A program made the position numbers and the translations under genes. Below, piece by piece: positions 51,004 to 63,624 of a stretch of DNA of 64,000 nt. This DNA is from Blepharisma stoltei ATCC 30299. Its lineage: Eukaryota > Protista > Ciliophora. Each line of letters opens with the position of its first letter. Position 1 is the first letter of the stretch. The notes beneath the pieces were generated by a model. It ran no database searches. It worked only from the letters and a program-made list of their open reading frames with translations, and had not been told where the DNA came from. The stretch is taken from assembly GCA_965603825.1 (NCBI GenBank), contig CBFDEM010000004.1:496001-560000 (forward strand), written 5' to 3'.

Positions 51004-54000
51004 CTATGATTTGAATTGTAGCATGCTGTCTTCAATCATCAATCGGCTCAAAATAAAAGGAATTTTCTTTTGTACAGTTTCTAAATCCTGCAGCATATCT
51101 AAATACATGGTATAAAAATACGAAAATTTGCCCTTTATAGCAGAAATTTCGATTTTCTTTTCGTTCCCGAAGACATAAATAATGTCGACATCGTATTCAA
51201 TCCCATCAGCTAACTCTGTTTTTCCCGTATAAATTTTCCTCGCGATAATCTTTTCCTCTTTATTTTCTTCATTACAAATATCTACAAGGTCATTCTTTAT
51301 TCTAATTTTTTGAAGAAGTTCATCCTGTTGTCGTCTCAGCTCAGCTTCATCAGGCTCTATTTCTAGTCTTGAGCATACATTAGCCAAACTGTCGTTTAGT
51401 TCAATTGGCTTCGATAGCCCTTTTTCTAGAGGATATGCATCTACCACAATGTTCACCTCCACCTTTTTCCTCATAAGGCGGTTTTTGAAGTGAGCTTCCT
51501 TAATAGTTTTATAAATTGACACAAAATAGAAGGAGTGCTGCAAGATTGTTTTGCCAAAAGCTAAATAGTCAAAAAATCTTCGCTGCTTTTGGTAGGTTTC
51601 TCTGCATTTCCAACTGCGGAACCAAGACTGAATCATCAAGGCTGATTTTTGGGCTTTGTGACTTCCTGCTTTCATAAGCTCATTGAGAAACTTGCTATTT
51701 TTTATTGGCTGCCTGATTGCATTTTTGATATGTTTGTATTTTTTGGGATTTCCTGCGTTTACCTTTCTTTCCGAATATGCAGGCTTCAGCACAGTCACAT
51801 TGATTTTTGGGTAGTTTTTCACCTTCACATTTTCTTCCATTCCCAGATCTTCTTCTTCATCTATATTGAAATCGTCTTCATCAATTTCAAGCTTTTCTTC
51901 TTCAATCATCCCATTAAAGCTGTCTTCTTCAGTGTTTTTTCTTGACGCTTCTGCCACAGCAATAATTGGGTTTCTGCTTTCGCCAAGCAGTTCTTGATTG
52001 GTCTCGCAACGCGATGCTAAAATTGGCATTGGCGAAGGGACAACTTGAGCCTTGACTCGCAACTTTTTCTGACACCAGTTTTCTTGGCAAAGATACATGA
52101 TTCCTCCACAAAACCTAATAATCAGCAGCCCTACTCCAACAAAGGCAATAGAATAGATATACCATCTCGTTGCATCGCTGCCTGATTTGTCAACCAAATT
52201 TAAATAATAGGCAAAAGCACTATTGCAAAGCGCCCAAACAATGGCCCATCGCGTTCTGAATTCTTCGAACTCTTCCAAGTGAGCCCTTTCCTCATCACTC
52301 TGCTGGTCGGGTCTATTTCCCCAGGTGCAGTCATGGATATTGCATATGGCATATACCAGAAATAAATTGACATAAGATGGCGATAAAAAGACGAAATGCA
52401 AAACTCCCTTCAGTACAGTCAAGGTTGCACCATGGCAGAGAGTGTTCATGGCGAAGCAAAAAATAGTGGCAACCATCAAAGGGATGATCCAACTATTCGA
52501 GCTCAGGTTTGTGATGATATATTTGAACATTAGTCCCATAGTCAGTAGCATATATACTCCGAAGATGCAAGCTATCACCTTGTAGGCATCTTCTACACGC
52601 TTTGGCTTTACTCCAAGGGCCATAATGAACACAATTATCAGCAGCGTAGTATATGATATTATGATCCATCCAGAAAAACTAATAATTGTGGAATCAGAGT
52701 CTTCTCCAAATTGCTTGCGAACAGCGATGGCAAATGCCAAAAAGAACGAGCCTACCATGAACCATGAGAAAACGACATTGACCACATAATAAATCATTTG
52801 CATCGTGAAGCAGCATTTTCTGGTCGTACTGTGGCCTGATTCAAAAACAGAGCTCATACGCTTGATTGAGTCAATCAATGCGAACCATGAGCCGTTTATT
52901 CATCTTCTGCGCTGAGCCATAAGAACTGAGAGCTTATCAGGAACATCCGTTTCTGCGATTGAGTTTTTAACATATCTTAGAATGTAATCTCTATTTTTTT
53001 TAGAAACCAGGGCCAAGCAGAGCACTCTGTCTTCAGCAAGGTAAATATTGGACTGAAAAGCATCCATATATTCTGGGTGGCAAATGGATTTAAAATAATG
53101 CTCCCATAGTGGAGCTCCTTGCAAAGCTTCCCACCTATAAGCACTGAAAGCTCCAGGCAAGACAGTAATGTACCCTATCACACTCTCTAGGGCTTTATCA
53201 AAGATATGTGCGAATTTATATTCAACCATCTGAGCCCCTACAACAAGATTCCAAAAGCTTGGCTCCATTGGTCTAATTTCACCGCAGCATCCAGCAACTC
53301 TTACATCAGTCTTCATGCACTCGTACAGCAAAAATAAGGAATTTGGGAGAGGCCTGGTTCCGACGTCCAACAACATAACATAGTTGGGATTGAACATTTC
53401 ACAAAATCCTCCGAAGAATCATAGATGTGTGTTCAGCTTCTTTCTGTTTTTTTGTTTGACGCAAAAAATGAACTGGAGAGTATTGCTTTCATCGAATTTT
53501 GCATTCTGCATAAAGCAGTGGGCAAATTCATCGTCATCAATTTCGTCAGGAATTTTGCACTGCATTGTATCTTCAACATGGAAAAAATCCTTGATTTTCT
53601 GCTCGTCAAAAAACTGGGAAAAAAATTGCTTTTGCTTGTTGAAAGTCTGCAGAAAAGGCTTAAGCCCATCGACTATAATAATGCAACATATCGCGCTTTC
53701 GGGAACACCAGCACGCTTGAAATCCTCAAGATTTTCTGTGATACCAATCATAGTATCCCTGAAGTTTTTAACATCTTCGTTATACATTGTGACCACAATC
53801 AGAAACTCAACTTTTGTCTGACCTTTTTTGCTATAGTCATAAAGCAGATCTTTAAAAATGCCTTGCCGAAAGCCAGCTTCGGGAGGAATCCATGTAAGTC
53901 CTTGGGTTACTTTTAGGCCTCGAAACTGCTTACTATCGACATATCGGTTTTCCATGACCTTCACAAGTTTTAATGGTTGATAGACAAGATCAATGCTCTT

Positions 54001-54096
54001 TCCGAGGGGTTGGATTTCAGGGTTGTGCTCGACTTGATCGGGAACGAGAGAAATGTGTCCTTCTTTGCCAGCTTTTGGGGTTAGTGGCTGGTCCAT
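51004..54096 (-). CDS. CHS: Chitin synthase (GT2, ~1030 aa) with C-terminal IQ motif
   Basis: TMYNED, KKLNTHLW, LDVGT, VLPGAFSAYR, LAEDR, ETD and QRRRW(TGA) motifs; TM region; IQSWFRSWKCR. Confidence 0.94.
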
Positions 54097-54726
54097 GTCA
54101 AAATGTATTATTATTAAATTAGCTGTTTAATTTTTAGATGTTCTGATCAATGTCAAATTATTAAAAGAAGAAAAACTAAGCCAGAGGATTCGGTTGATTT
54201 TGGATATAACTTTTTTAGGCTATTTCTCCCCGCCTTTCGTTTTCTTTGCCAAATCTGCACTTATCTAATTTAATTTAGTACTTTCAACTTATGGTTTCTA
54301 AATATTACAGATCCTATATGCCATTTCTAATATCTTTTTTGCACCAAATTAATAATATTCAATACTATTTCAATTATTTTATTAGCCATCCTAGCAGCAG
54401 TGTTATGTCTACCTCTATCTCTTGCAAAGTAAGATTATTTAATTTTTGGCATCGTTGAAAAAATAAAAAATCTCTTATAATCAATAATAACTTAAGTAAT
54501 TGATTCATGATGTATTAGAGATCTAATATGCATTTTTAGTTTTATTAATCATAAAACATCTCATGGAGATGCTTAAAAAATATTTCTGTTTTGATTCTTT
54601 AAATATCAATTGTGAATATGAGCAATGATATAGCAGTATGATCTATAAGTTACAGAGGCTTACTTAATAGACAATATGCTTTTGATAAGTGCAAATTTAC
54701 TATCGAAATAGGTAAGCCATAAAGAT

Positions 54727-55458
54727 CTAAAGACTAGTTAAATATTCTTCAACTCCGCTTGGCGTCAACCTTCTAAATATCTTGTCTTGAGTAGAAACGA
54801 CTGCTACTTCGACGTTTTGGCTCGTAATTGCCTCTTCCATAACTTGTTTCAAAATGCGCAAAGCCATTTTTACCCCATCCTCGAGTGACAAGTCAGTCTT
54901 GAATTCTTCTTGAAGCATAGTTTGAGCTCCTTCTGCAGCGCTGCCGATAGCTTTTGCCTTGTATTTAAACAGGGTCCCAGATGGGTCTGTGGTAAAAAGT
55001 GCTGGCCCATTTTTATCAACTCCTCCAATAAGTAGTGAAACTCCATAAGGTCTTGACATAGGCTTCTTTTGTGATCCATCGCCTTCTCCAAAGTTAAGAG
55101 ACAAATCACAAACACTCTGTGCAATGCTCTGGAGGAGCATTTCCTCTAAGTACGTGAACCTGTGATTCTGAGCTTCAGCTCTCGCATGATCTACAAGGGT
55201 TCTTGCGTCAGCTAGGATTCCGCTCATTGCGCAGCCGACATGGCTGTCAATCTCGAAGATCTTCTCAATCGATGAAGGCTCTATCAGCTTGCTTGTGACT
55301 CTCCTTTCCACAGCAAGAACAACGCCATCCTGACAAGTAATGCCGATCGAAGTTGAGCCTAGCTTGATTGCCTCTAATGCATATTCGACTTGAAACAGCC
55401 TTCCTTCTGGAGAAAAAGTGTTGACGCCTCTATCGTACTCATTTTTCGTTGCAAACAT
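54727..55458 (-). CDS. PSMA5: 20S proteasome subunit alpha-5
   Basis: MFATKNEYDRGVNTFSPEGRLFQVEYA and MSRPYGVSLL motifs. Confidence 0.96.
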   Translation of the reverse strand: MFATKNEYDRGVNTFSPEGRLFQVEYALEAIKLGSTSIGITCQDGVVLAVERRVTSKLIEPSSIEKIFEIDSHVGCAMSGILADARTLVDHARAEAQNHRFTYLEEMLLQSIAQSVCDLSLNFGEGDGSQKKPMSRPYGVSLLIGGVDKNGPALFTTDPSGTLFKYKAKAIGSAAEGAQTMLQEEFKTDLSLEDGVKMALRILKQVMEEAITSQNVEVAVVSTQDKIFRRLTPSGVEEYLTSL

Positions 55459-56205
55459 TTTATTCTTATCAGTCATACATTAATGGGATTTAAAGAAAAT
55501 AACTAAACTTTCAATGACTTTTTAATCAAATTAATAATAATCGCTATCTTTTTCATATTCCTTTTAATTAATTGATAAAAATGAAAGCTGGCAGAGGCTT
55601 TTCCTTAAACTTATTGTTTGATTATTAGCACTGAAAGAAAATTTTCAACAAATAGTGATTAATAATTATTAGTAGAATTAATTTCAATATCTTTGAGTTA
55701 TTCAAAGATTTATGTGTTTCAGCCCACTCTGATGCTTTTAAAAAATGTTGATTGAATAATTTAGCTCTATGGAGACAACTAAGGTTAATTTTATCATTAA
55801 ATTTATGAAAATATAAAAGCAATATATAATTAATGTAGAAAACAATATAATTGCTTTAGAATATTTTTTAAAAATCTTGAAAAATAAAAATAAATTAATA
55901 CTTAACATGTATTTCTAGTATAATTAATTGGCTTTTTAATACCTCAATTAGCAAATCTTTTCTTTTCATACTAATTCAAACATCATCAACTTCGGACGAC
56001 TATATATTCTTAAAATATTATACTGATATTATAAATTGTATCATCACAATAATTCAATCAAATTCACATTGTTTTATAAAATATTTTACAAAATTTTTAT
56101 AATATTTTCTGCTGATTCAGTTAGATTTACTCAAAGAACCTTAAAATGCTAATTAAAATATAAATAGCTTGTTCTATTTCTTCGGCTATTTAAATATTTT
56201 TGCAA

Positions 56206-57078
56206 ATGGATATTTGGAAAACTTTCTTTCTCACACATTTAGACTCTTTGAAGCTCTTAGAAGATAAAAATTGGTGAAGCCTTACTCAAGATGACGAGAT
56301 TTGGATGATAAAAGCTAAAGCAGTTTCAGGAAATGACGGCAGTGCTTCATATGCTCTCATTTTAACAAATATGAGGGATACCTATTTTTCATCAGCAGGG
56401 ACAACACAAATCCAGCAAGAAATAACTGTATTTTCTATTTAGCAATATAACCCCAACATTCAAGGTGGCATGGCTGGCTTGGTTAATATGCTGAATACAA
56501 TTATAAGTAAAAAAGATCCTCAATCTACCTACAAAATCAGAATTGATCAGAATAGTGCCGAATTCGAAGCAAAGAAAACTCTCAGTGCTATCTATGAGTT
56601 TAACTGAAAATTCTCTGCTATTCAGCTTGATGAGGACATTTCTAAACGAATTTTATCTACCTTGATGGTCATCCCTTTATGCAAAACTGTAGTTGCGCAA
56701 GATTCTCTTATAAAGCAATTAGAAGACCAAGCTGGAGCTAGAAGAAATGCAGTTGATATGAAATTGTTTGTTCCTAAAAATATTGAAGAAATTCCATGTC
56801 CAGAACTTGCACAGCATACAGTGGCTGCTCTTAATGAGTCATATGCACAGCCAGTTAGAGAAATAGAAGGGTATGTTCGAGTGGAAAATGAAAGGAAGAG
56901 GAAATTTATAGAGGAAGCAAAAGAGCCAATAAAAAAATTCAGAGCGAATTCTCCAAAGCCTCAGCAAAAGAGCAAAGTGGATTATAAAGAGAGTGAAGAA
57001 GAAGTGAGAAGAAAAAGAGAGCTTGAAATAAAATTAGCTATGGGGAAAAAAGGGAAAAAGAAATTAGAATTTGTTTAA
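56206..57078 (+). CDS. XLF/Cernunnos (NHEJ1)-like protein (~285 aa, 1 intron)
   Basis: Head-domain motifs YALILTNM, FNW(TGA)KF and LMVIPL align by eye with human XLF YALLVSDL, FYWNF and LIRPL. A coiled coil and a basic tail KKGKKKLEFV resembling the Ku-binding motif follow. Confidence 0.7.
56428..56442 (+). other. 15-nt intron
   Basis: GTATTTTCTATTTAG contains an in-frame TAG; removal gives QQEIT-QYNPNI. Confidence 0.88.
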
Positions 57079-57415
57079 ATTTTCATTTAATCATATTTTA
57101 TTATGTACACAATTGTATCTATAAATATACAAATCCCAATTATTTTTGGCCATATGAACCTTGCTTTTTTTAAAAGCAGCAGCAATAATCATAAAAGCAT
57201 TTTATAGAAGTTAGCACCTGTAATTTTTAAACTAATTATATCAAGCAATGATGAACCTGGGTAGTGTTTGCACTATGCAATTGAAATCAGCGTTAAAATC
57301 TAAAATCTAGAGATTCTTTTGAGCAAAATGAGAGAGCCTGCTCTTCTCCAAATTAAGATTGATAATATTTTGCAAAGGATTATTCATATAAAAACTTATC
57401 TGATCGATATTTCTA

Positions 57416-58252
57416 TTAATGTTTAACTCCTTTATAATGGTAATATGCTCCTATTTCTTCAGTTAAACAGCAAAAATCGCTCTCTTGAAATCCTAAATCA
57501 CTATATCTTGGGTCCAATTCTAATGGTCCAAACTTTTCCAGTGTTAAGCCTGCCAATTGTAGAGCTTCCTGATACTGTTCTTTAGTGAAAATTTCAAGAT
57601 GCTCTGTGTAATTTCTCCTTTGAGTCTGAGGATCTATATAAGTGTTTTCAATTTGCCAGTGATCAACATTTCATGTTGGATTTGAGCAGACCCAGTCTCC
57701 AAATTTATTCTTTTTATTAACTTCCTCAGTGTTAGTAGCAACTGCATGATTATTTTCCAAAATCATCAAAGTTCCGCCAGGCTTTAAATAGGAAGCTGCA
57801 AGTTGAATCAAGCGTTTAAAATCTTCATAAGTTTGAGAATAGTCTAGAATCCATAAAAGAAAAACTACATCAAATGTCTCTCGGTGAGTCTCCAAAGGTA
57901 GCTGCTCAAATACTGTTTCTGATTGGAAAGCGTTAGCCTTAATGAATGAGTAATGGCTTTCCATAAATCCTGCCTCATTAGCAATTTCTCTGGCTCTACT
58001 CAAAAGGTTCTCTGCAAAGTCAATTCCAACAGCGAATTTGGCTCCCCTTCTTAATGATTCGATACTTATATCACCATTTCCACATCCTAGATCTAGGATT
58101 CTCATGTTGGAAAGGCATTGCCCTTCTCCGTTGCCAGTCGGGCTGATATTTTTGAATATTGTAAAATACTCACAGAGATAACGTCCAGGCTGCCTTGCAT
58201 AACTTTCCCAATGGACTGCATTGGAGTTGTAGATATCTTCTAAGGTCGACAT
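57416..58252 (-). CDS. Class I SAM-dependent methyltransferase (~278 aa)
   Basis: ILDLGCGNG, GIDFA, FDVV and LKPGG motifs; extends through TGA to a TAA at 57416. Confidence 0.88.
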
Positions 58253-59743
58253 TTTGGATTACATGTAGAGAAAAATTTTCTAATTTTTCTCTTTGAGAAT
58301 ATATATAATAGGCGACATATCTTGATTTGAATTCTTGATCTACAGTCTAGATATTCGGGTCAAGGTTTTCCGTAGAGGGCTCTAAGCTAATAAGCAAGCT
58401 CAGTCTCAGTTGATGTGTATTCGGTTGTGATTAAAAGCTGCTAAGGTTGAAAACTGAGCCCAGCAATGTCTTTCGGACCCTTGGAAATTTCTCAACTGAG
58501 AAATAGGGTGTTTCGGCAAGGCAATAGCCTCCTACCTGTAGCTGCCGAAGGAAAAAAACTTTGGCATTCGACAAGACTCCAAATATTTGAAATCTAGCTA
58601 CCAATTGCTATAGAAGGCATGTAGGTTATTAAGCTACTTACTGAAGACTGAAGGCCCGAAACATGGAGAAGATGACTCTACTGGCTATAGCTAAACCCAC
58701 TGGGCTGTTCATCGCTAAGGAGATGAATCTCCTGTATGAGAGGTCTATGGTGACTTCATCACCAATATGGCTAAAGCCTTTCTCTTGATAATTAGCTTAA
58801 TATAACCTTCTCTGATAACGAATACATATTATAAGAATTCCAAATTTTTGAATTGAACCTCTATAAACGAACAAGAAATTCTTCAACCCCAAAAATCCTA
58901 TTAAATACTCATTTAATTAAACCCTAGTTAATTATTTTAATTTTAGGAAATTCTATTTTAATCATAAATTTAGCATTTTTATGTAAACGCTTATTAAAAT
59001 ATAAAGAGAAATTTAGCATTGATAAAAGGTTTTTAAGCTTAATTCTTCAAGAAAGATCTTCAATTTAATGCTGAATAATATATTGATACTCAGTTTACTT
59101 TGATCAATATTTTTATTAGAATTCATTGAATCTTTTGCAAATTGCAAAATATAAATTAATTAATATAAATCAAAACCATAAAAAGCATCAGAGTTATTAA
59201 ATAGCTTGACTCATAAGGTTTCATTAATAAAATTTTTAGTCCTACTGGTACAATATTGCTATCTCAAATAGAGATTTATTTCATAGAAGCGTTTGATAAG
59301 AATTTTATAAGCACATACTAATTATTATGAAGTAAACTCTCAAATTAAAAGTGCATAAATAATCACACCCGATTTAATTTTTAATTAAAAATTTCTTTTT
59401 GAAATTAAGAAGAAAGATTCATAAACCTTATCTTCCTAATCCAGCTCAAGAAACACAATTCATTCTAATTATTTTGGTATATCAATTATATACTGCAGGA
59501 TCAGCAATAAAATGATTAATAAGAGTTCAAAGTATCAAAGCAAAGCATGGTTTTGAAGTAATTTCATGCTTAAAGTGAAACCTGTCAAACAATCATTATC
59601 GCTCTTATTTTCCAGCAATTTTCTTTAGAAAACAAGAATCAATTTGTTGTTGTCACATTAAAAACAGAAATTTTTATTTCCGTTAAAATTTAAATTGCAG
59701 CTGGGTTGGATAAATAAAAATTTACAATTAATTTACTCGACAC

Positions 59744-60532
59744 TTAAAAATTCAATTTTCTTTGGTTTCCTTGCAAAATTTCATCATGAATGTACATTTT
59801 TGTGGTTTTAATTTCGTTTTTATTTGTGAAGCAATTATCTTTACTCTGTACACCTACATGCCTTCAAACTCCATTTCTTGAATTATTGTCTCTTATGTAT
59901 CACCTGCCGTTTTCTCTTCCAAGCATAGCATGATATTTGGACATCCTTAGGTCATATTTAAACCTAAAGTTTACGTCTCGATTTCGCCCAATTTTCAGTT
60001 CTATACCATTGTCTGCTATTTCTTGAGGAGAAACCCCTTCTTTTGTTATCCACTGTAAGGAAAGTAGATCATTATTTCGAATATCTACGATTTTCATGCG
60101 TGTGTCTCCAAAAGAATAAGTTTCTCCAATCTCCAGGAATGACCTCTCCACCTTTATGGAGGCATACCCACATTCAGGCTCAGGAACTTGCAAGTAATTC
60201 TTATTATTTGAGAGATGGCTTGGGGTTTTAGTAATGCTACGCCTTAAGTAGTCTTCAAATTGAGGTGCAATGGCACCGAAGGAACTGCAAAAAAAATAAT
60301 CAAGTAGGAGAGAGATGCATTGAATAAGCTTTATTTTTGCTGAATTTTCGTTTAGATCGAATTGAGAAAGAACCAGAATTGTTTTGTAAAAATTTCTGAC
60401 TTCTTCTGGAATTGAGTTATTGATCATGACTTCACATGTATCTTTAATCAGGATTTGGCATTCAGACACATGGGAAGGATTATTTTCTGATAGTTTTATC
60501 ATCCAATTTGATAGGGTTTTTTGAGCACTCAT
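59744..60532 (-). CDS. FHA-domain protein (~262 aa)
   Basis: IGR...MSKYHA...W(TGA)YIRDNNSRNGVW matches the FHA GR/SxxH/NG pattern. Confidence 0.8.
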
Positions 60533-62084
60533 TTTACGTCAGTCTTATTTCGCGTATAAATTTTTATTATATTTAAAGTTACATTTAACCTTACTGTATA
60601 CAAAAAAATAATCACCTTTGCTTATACGAATGGGCTTCATCCATTGATAATATGGCTTCCACAATGTTTCCATTAGGCAAGAAGAATGATAATTGATCAT
60701 TGATTTCGGTTTGTAGGAAATTTGAACTCCATCATTATTTAAGAGTTCGGGCAGTGATAAATGTAAAAATTGTCCAATTTTCCCCAATTATTTCCCGCTT
60801 AATCCTCAGTTGTGATCTGGTACTCCAATAAAGAAGCAGTCTTCCAGCCAATGCATTTTCAAACCTCTTACCCTAACTTTAATAATAGAATATTTTGCTT
60901 TCTTGATGTAGTGTGAGAAATATTAAAGACCTTAAGAAAAAGTAAACTAAAAATAACATTTAAAGTTCAAAGTATTACAAAGGAGATATTTTCGTTTTTA
61001 TTGAACAAAGAGCTAAAAGATAATAGAGAAATCTGCCAGGTTCTTTTATATGCTTAGTCCCAATATTGATCTCGCAGTTTTCATGTCATAAGACTTTAAA
61101 AAGCTGCTTTCAATCATGGGTTTTCCATTTCTGTCGCCATCATAATTCATGATTTTCAATGTTATTTAATGCATAAATAAGTAAAAAGGTTCTAAATAAT
61201 TCCTGACTTTGTATAAATCAAGCCATTCACTCAACCTTTTATAATTATCCTTATTCTTTCTTAACAAAATAAAGATTTTTTAGATCGCTAGTAATTATTT
61301 CAATTTAATTTTATTCCTTAAAATCTGAATAATTTTGCTTATTTTGAAAATTAAATTTTTGTTTAAATTAAGTAATAATGATATATTCTCTCTTATGCAG
61401 ATTTATTATTATTATTGCTGCCTTTTTTATATAAAAAGTGCACACTTATATCAAGCTATATGACCAAAAAACTCTTTCGGATCACTCTCAGCATGTCTAC
61501 CCTACTTATCAACCCATAAAAAATTTGATAAATCTGCCTAAAATTAAAAGGATTTCCAAAAACTATTTCAAGGGGCTGTGCAATCTACAGCTATAAAATA
61601 GTTGGAGGTTAATATTTTAAAAACCTTGATTTTTTGAGATTCTGGGGTAAAAAATTTCCTTTTATCAACTTAGTTTTAAGAAATTGCATCCTATAAGACT
61701 ACTATCATCATCCTCGTAAAGAATTTGCTGATACATTCAAAATTGGCCACATCTAATATATTTTTGTAAGTGCTCAAATATTTAGCTTACCATGACAATA
61801 AAAATGAATATCTAATCATCTTTTAATAAATATTTACTATTCTTGGTGAATTTTTGATTGCCTTAGCAAAGTAAATTTGTCATAATGCACTAATGACCAA
61901 GAATCATATTAAAATAGTCAAATCTAAATAATTTTCTATCATAATTATCAATAAACCATAAATTTATAATAGAAAGTTCCTACTATATAAATCTGCTATT
62001 ATTTGATGGGAATTCTCTATAAGTTAAATATTTTGTTTAGCATATAAGCACCATTTTAACTGTATTATTAATGGAATTACATAT

Positions 62085-63296
62085 TTATCTTGTATCTCTA
62101 TGACCTTTATTCACTTTATTCCCACTTTTATAAGCTGAATAAGCCCTGCTCTTTACTTCAACTTTTTCACTGCCTATAGCTGGTGCTGTATTAGGCCTAT
62201 TTCTTTTTTTCAAGCCTTCCTTATTTCCTTTGTCTTCAGATTTGTCAGCTTTTACTCCCTCATTTGCTATAAGTCATGCATTTGGCCTTTTTCTATTTAC
62301 ATTCACATTAACAGGACTTACTCTTCTTTTTGACGCCCCAGCAGGTGAGTTATCCCTATCCCCCTTCTTTTCAGGTACTTTTATATTTAGTGATTTCCAC
62401 ATATCTTGATGCAGTGATTCAGTCAGCTTCTGCAGATCTTCGTGGCTGATCCCATTGATTTCTTTTTTATTAAAGCAGTTCCCAATAATTTCTCCTCCTG
62501 CCCTTATCCTCTGCGGCTTTTCATTTTTCATGACTAATAAAGGAGCTCGATACTCGATTTGTTCAGCTCCTTTCATACAAGATCTCAATATAGCATGCCC
62601 GTCTTCAACAGGATTTTTGCTCGAAGGATGTGGGATATCGACTAATTTTTCTTTTTCATCGGTATGGTTATCAGCCCAATTTAGCTTATTCAACTTTTCA
62701 ATCTCTTCAAGTGCGTCATCATAATGTACAAAAGGACCCATCTGTGCATTCAAAAACGTGTTTCTCAGCACATGCTCTTCTGGATCAAGAAAAATTTCTT
62801 CATCCCAGCTTGAGGAAACTGGTCCATTTCCTTGCTTTAATAAACGATTTTCTAATGCAGCTAATTGCTGTATAAACGGAGGCCTCAGATCCATATCTGG
62901 ACGTCGAGAGTTCAAGAATTCCAAGGTTTTGAATAGAGTTCAGCGGTATTTTTGTACAAAGTAGCTTGCTAAAGCGCATATACATCGAGATCGGCCTCTG
63001 ACTGAATGAACCAAAACGCTTTCGCCTAGATTGTGAGCAATTTCAATAAAATCAAAGATTTGAGTGATGGTTTCGTTTCTGACATCAAATAAAATTTGAG
63101 AGTCATTGTCAAGCCAGTATAGACTCAGATATTGGACTCCAATTGGTTCCCAATGATTTGGAACTTGGCGAGCTGCACAGTTTATGATATGAGTGACTTT
63201 GTTGGCTACAACGAATTCAAGGTCTTGAGAGGAAAATTCATCCCCGATAAATAGACCATCTTTTACCTTGATTGGACCTATAAGCTCCATTTCCAT
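62085..63296 (-). CDS. Dual-specificity phosphatase-like protein, catalytic Cys replaced by Ser (~403 aa)
   Basis: GLFIGD, VTHIINCA, VLVHSVRGRSR, KYRW(TGA)TL and PFIQQL motifs; frame continues to a TAA at 62085. Confidence 0.87.
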
Positions 63297-63624
63297 CTTC
63301 TTTATTTAAATCTTTACATTTTTGATGCAAAACAGCATATGAAATTAATTTGAGGAATATAAGCATATCAATCTTAAATTCAAATATTAACTTTTTTGAA
63401 ATGGCTCAATTCGGTGAAAGAATGCTTACCTGCTTTTAGAGGATCAATATTGGATATTGAAATATATTTCACGTTTGCTATTTTTTTAAATTCTTTTATA
63501 ATAATTACATAACTATTAGTGGATATACTTTTAATTTAAACTAAAAACTTCATTTTTCGATTTATACATTCTAACAACATTATTACTCGATAAAATTTGA
63601 TTATTCATAAAGCCAAACAGTTAT

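Noticed and set aside
60545-60860. 80-aa minus-strand ORF upstream of the FHA gene
   Set aside because: TTG start directly after an in-frame TAA and no recognisable motif; at most a decayed fragment.
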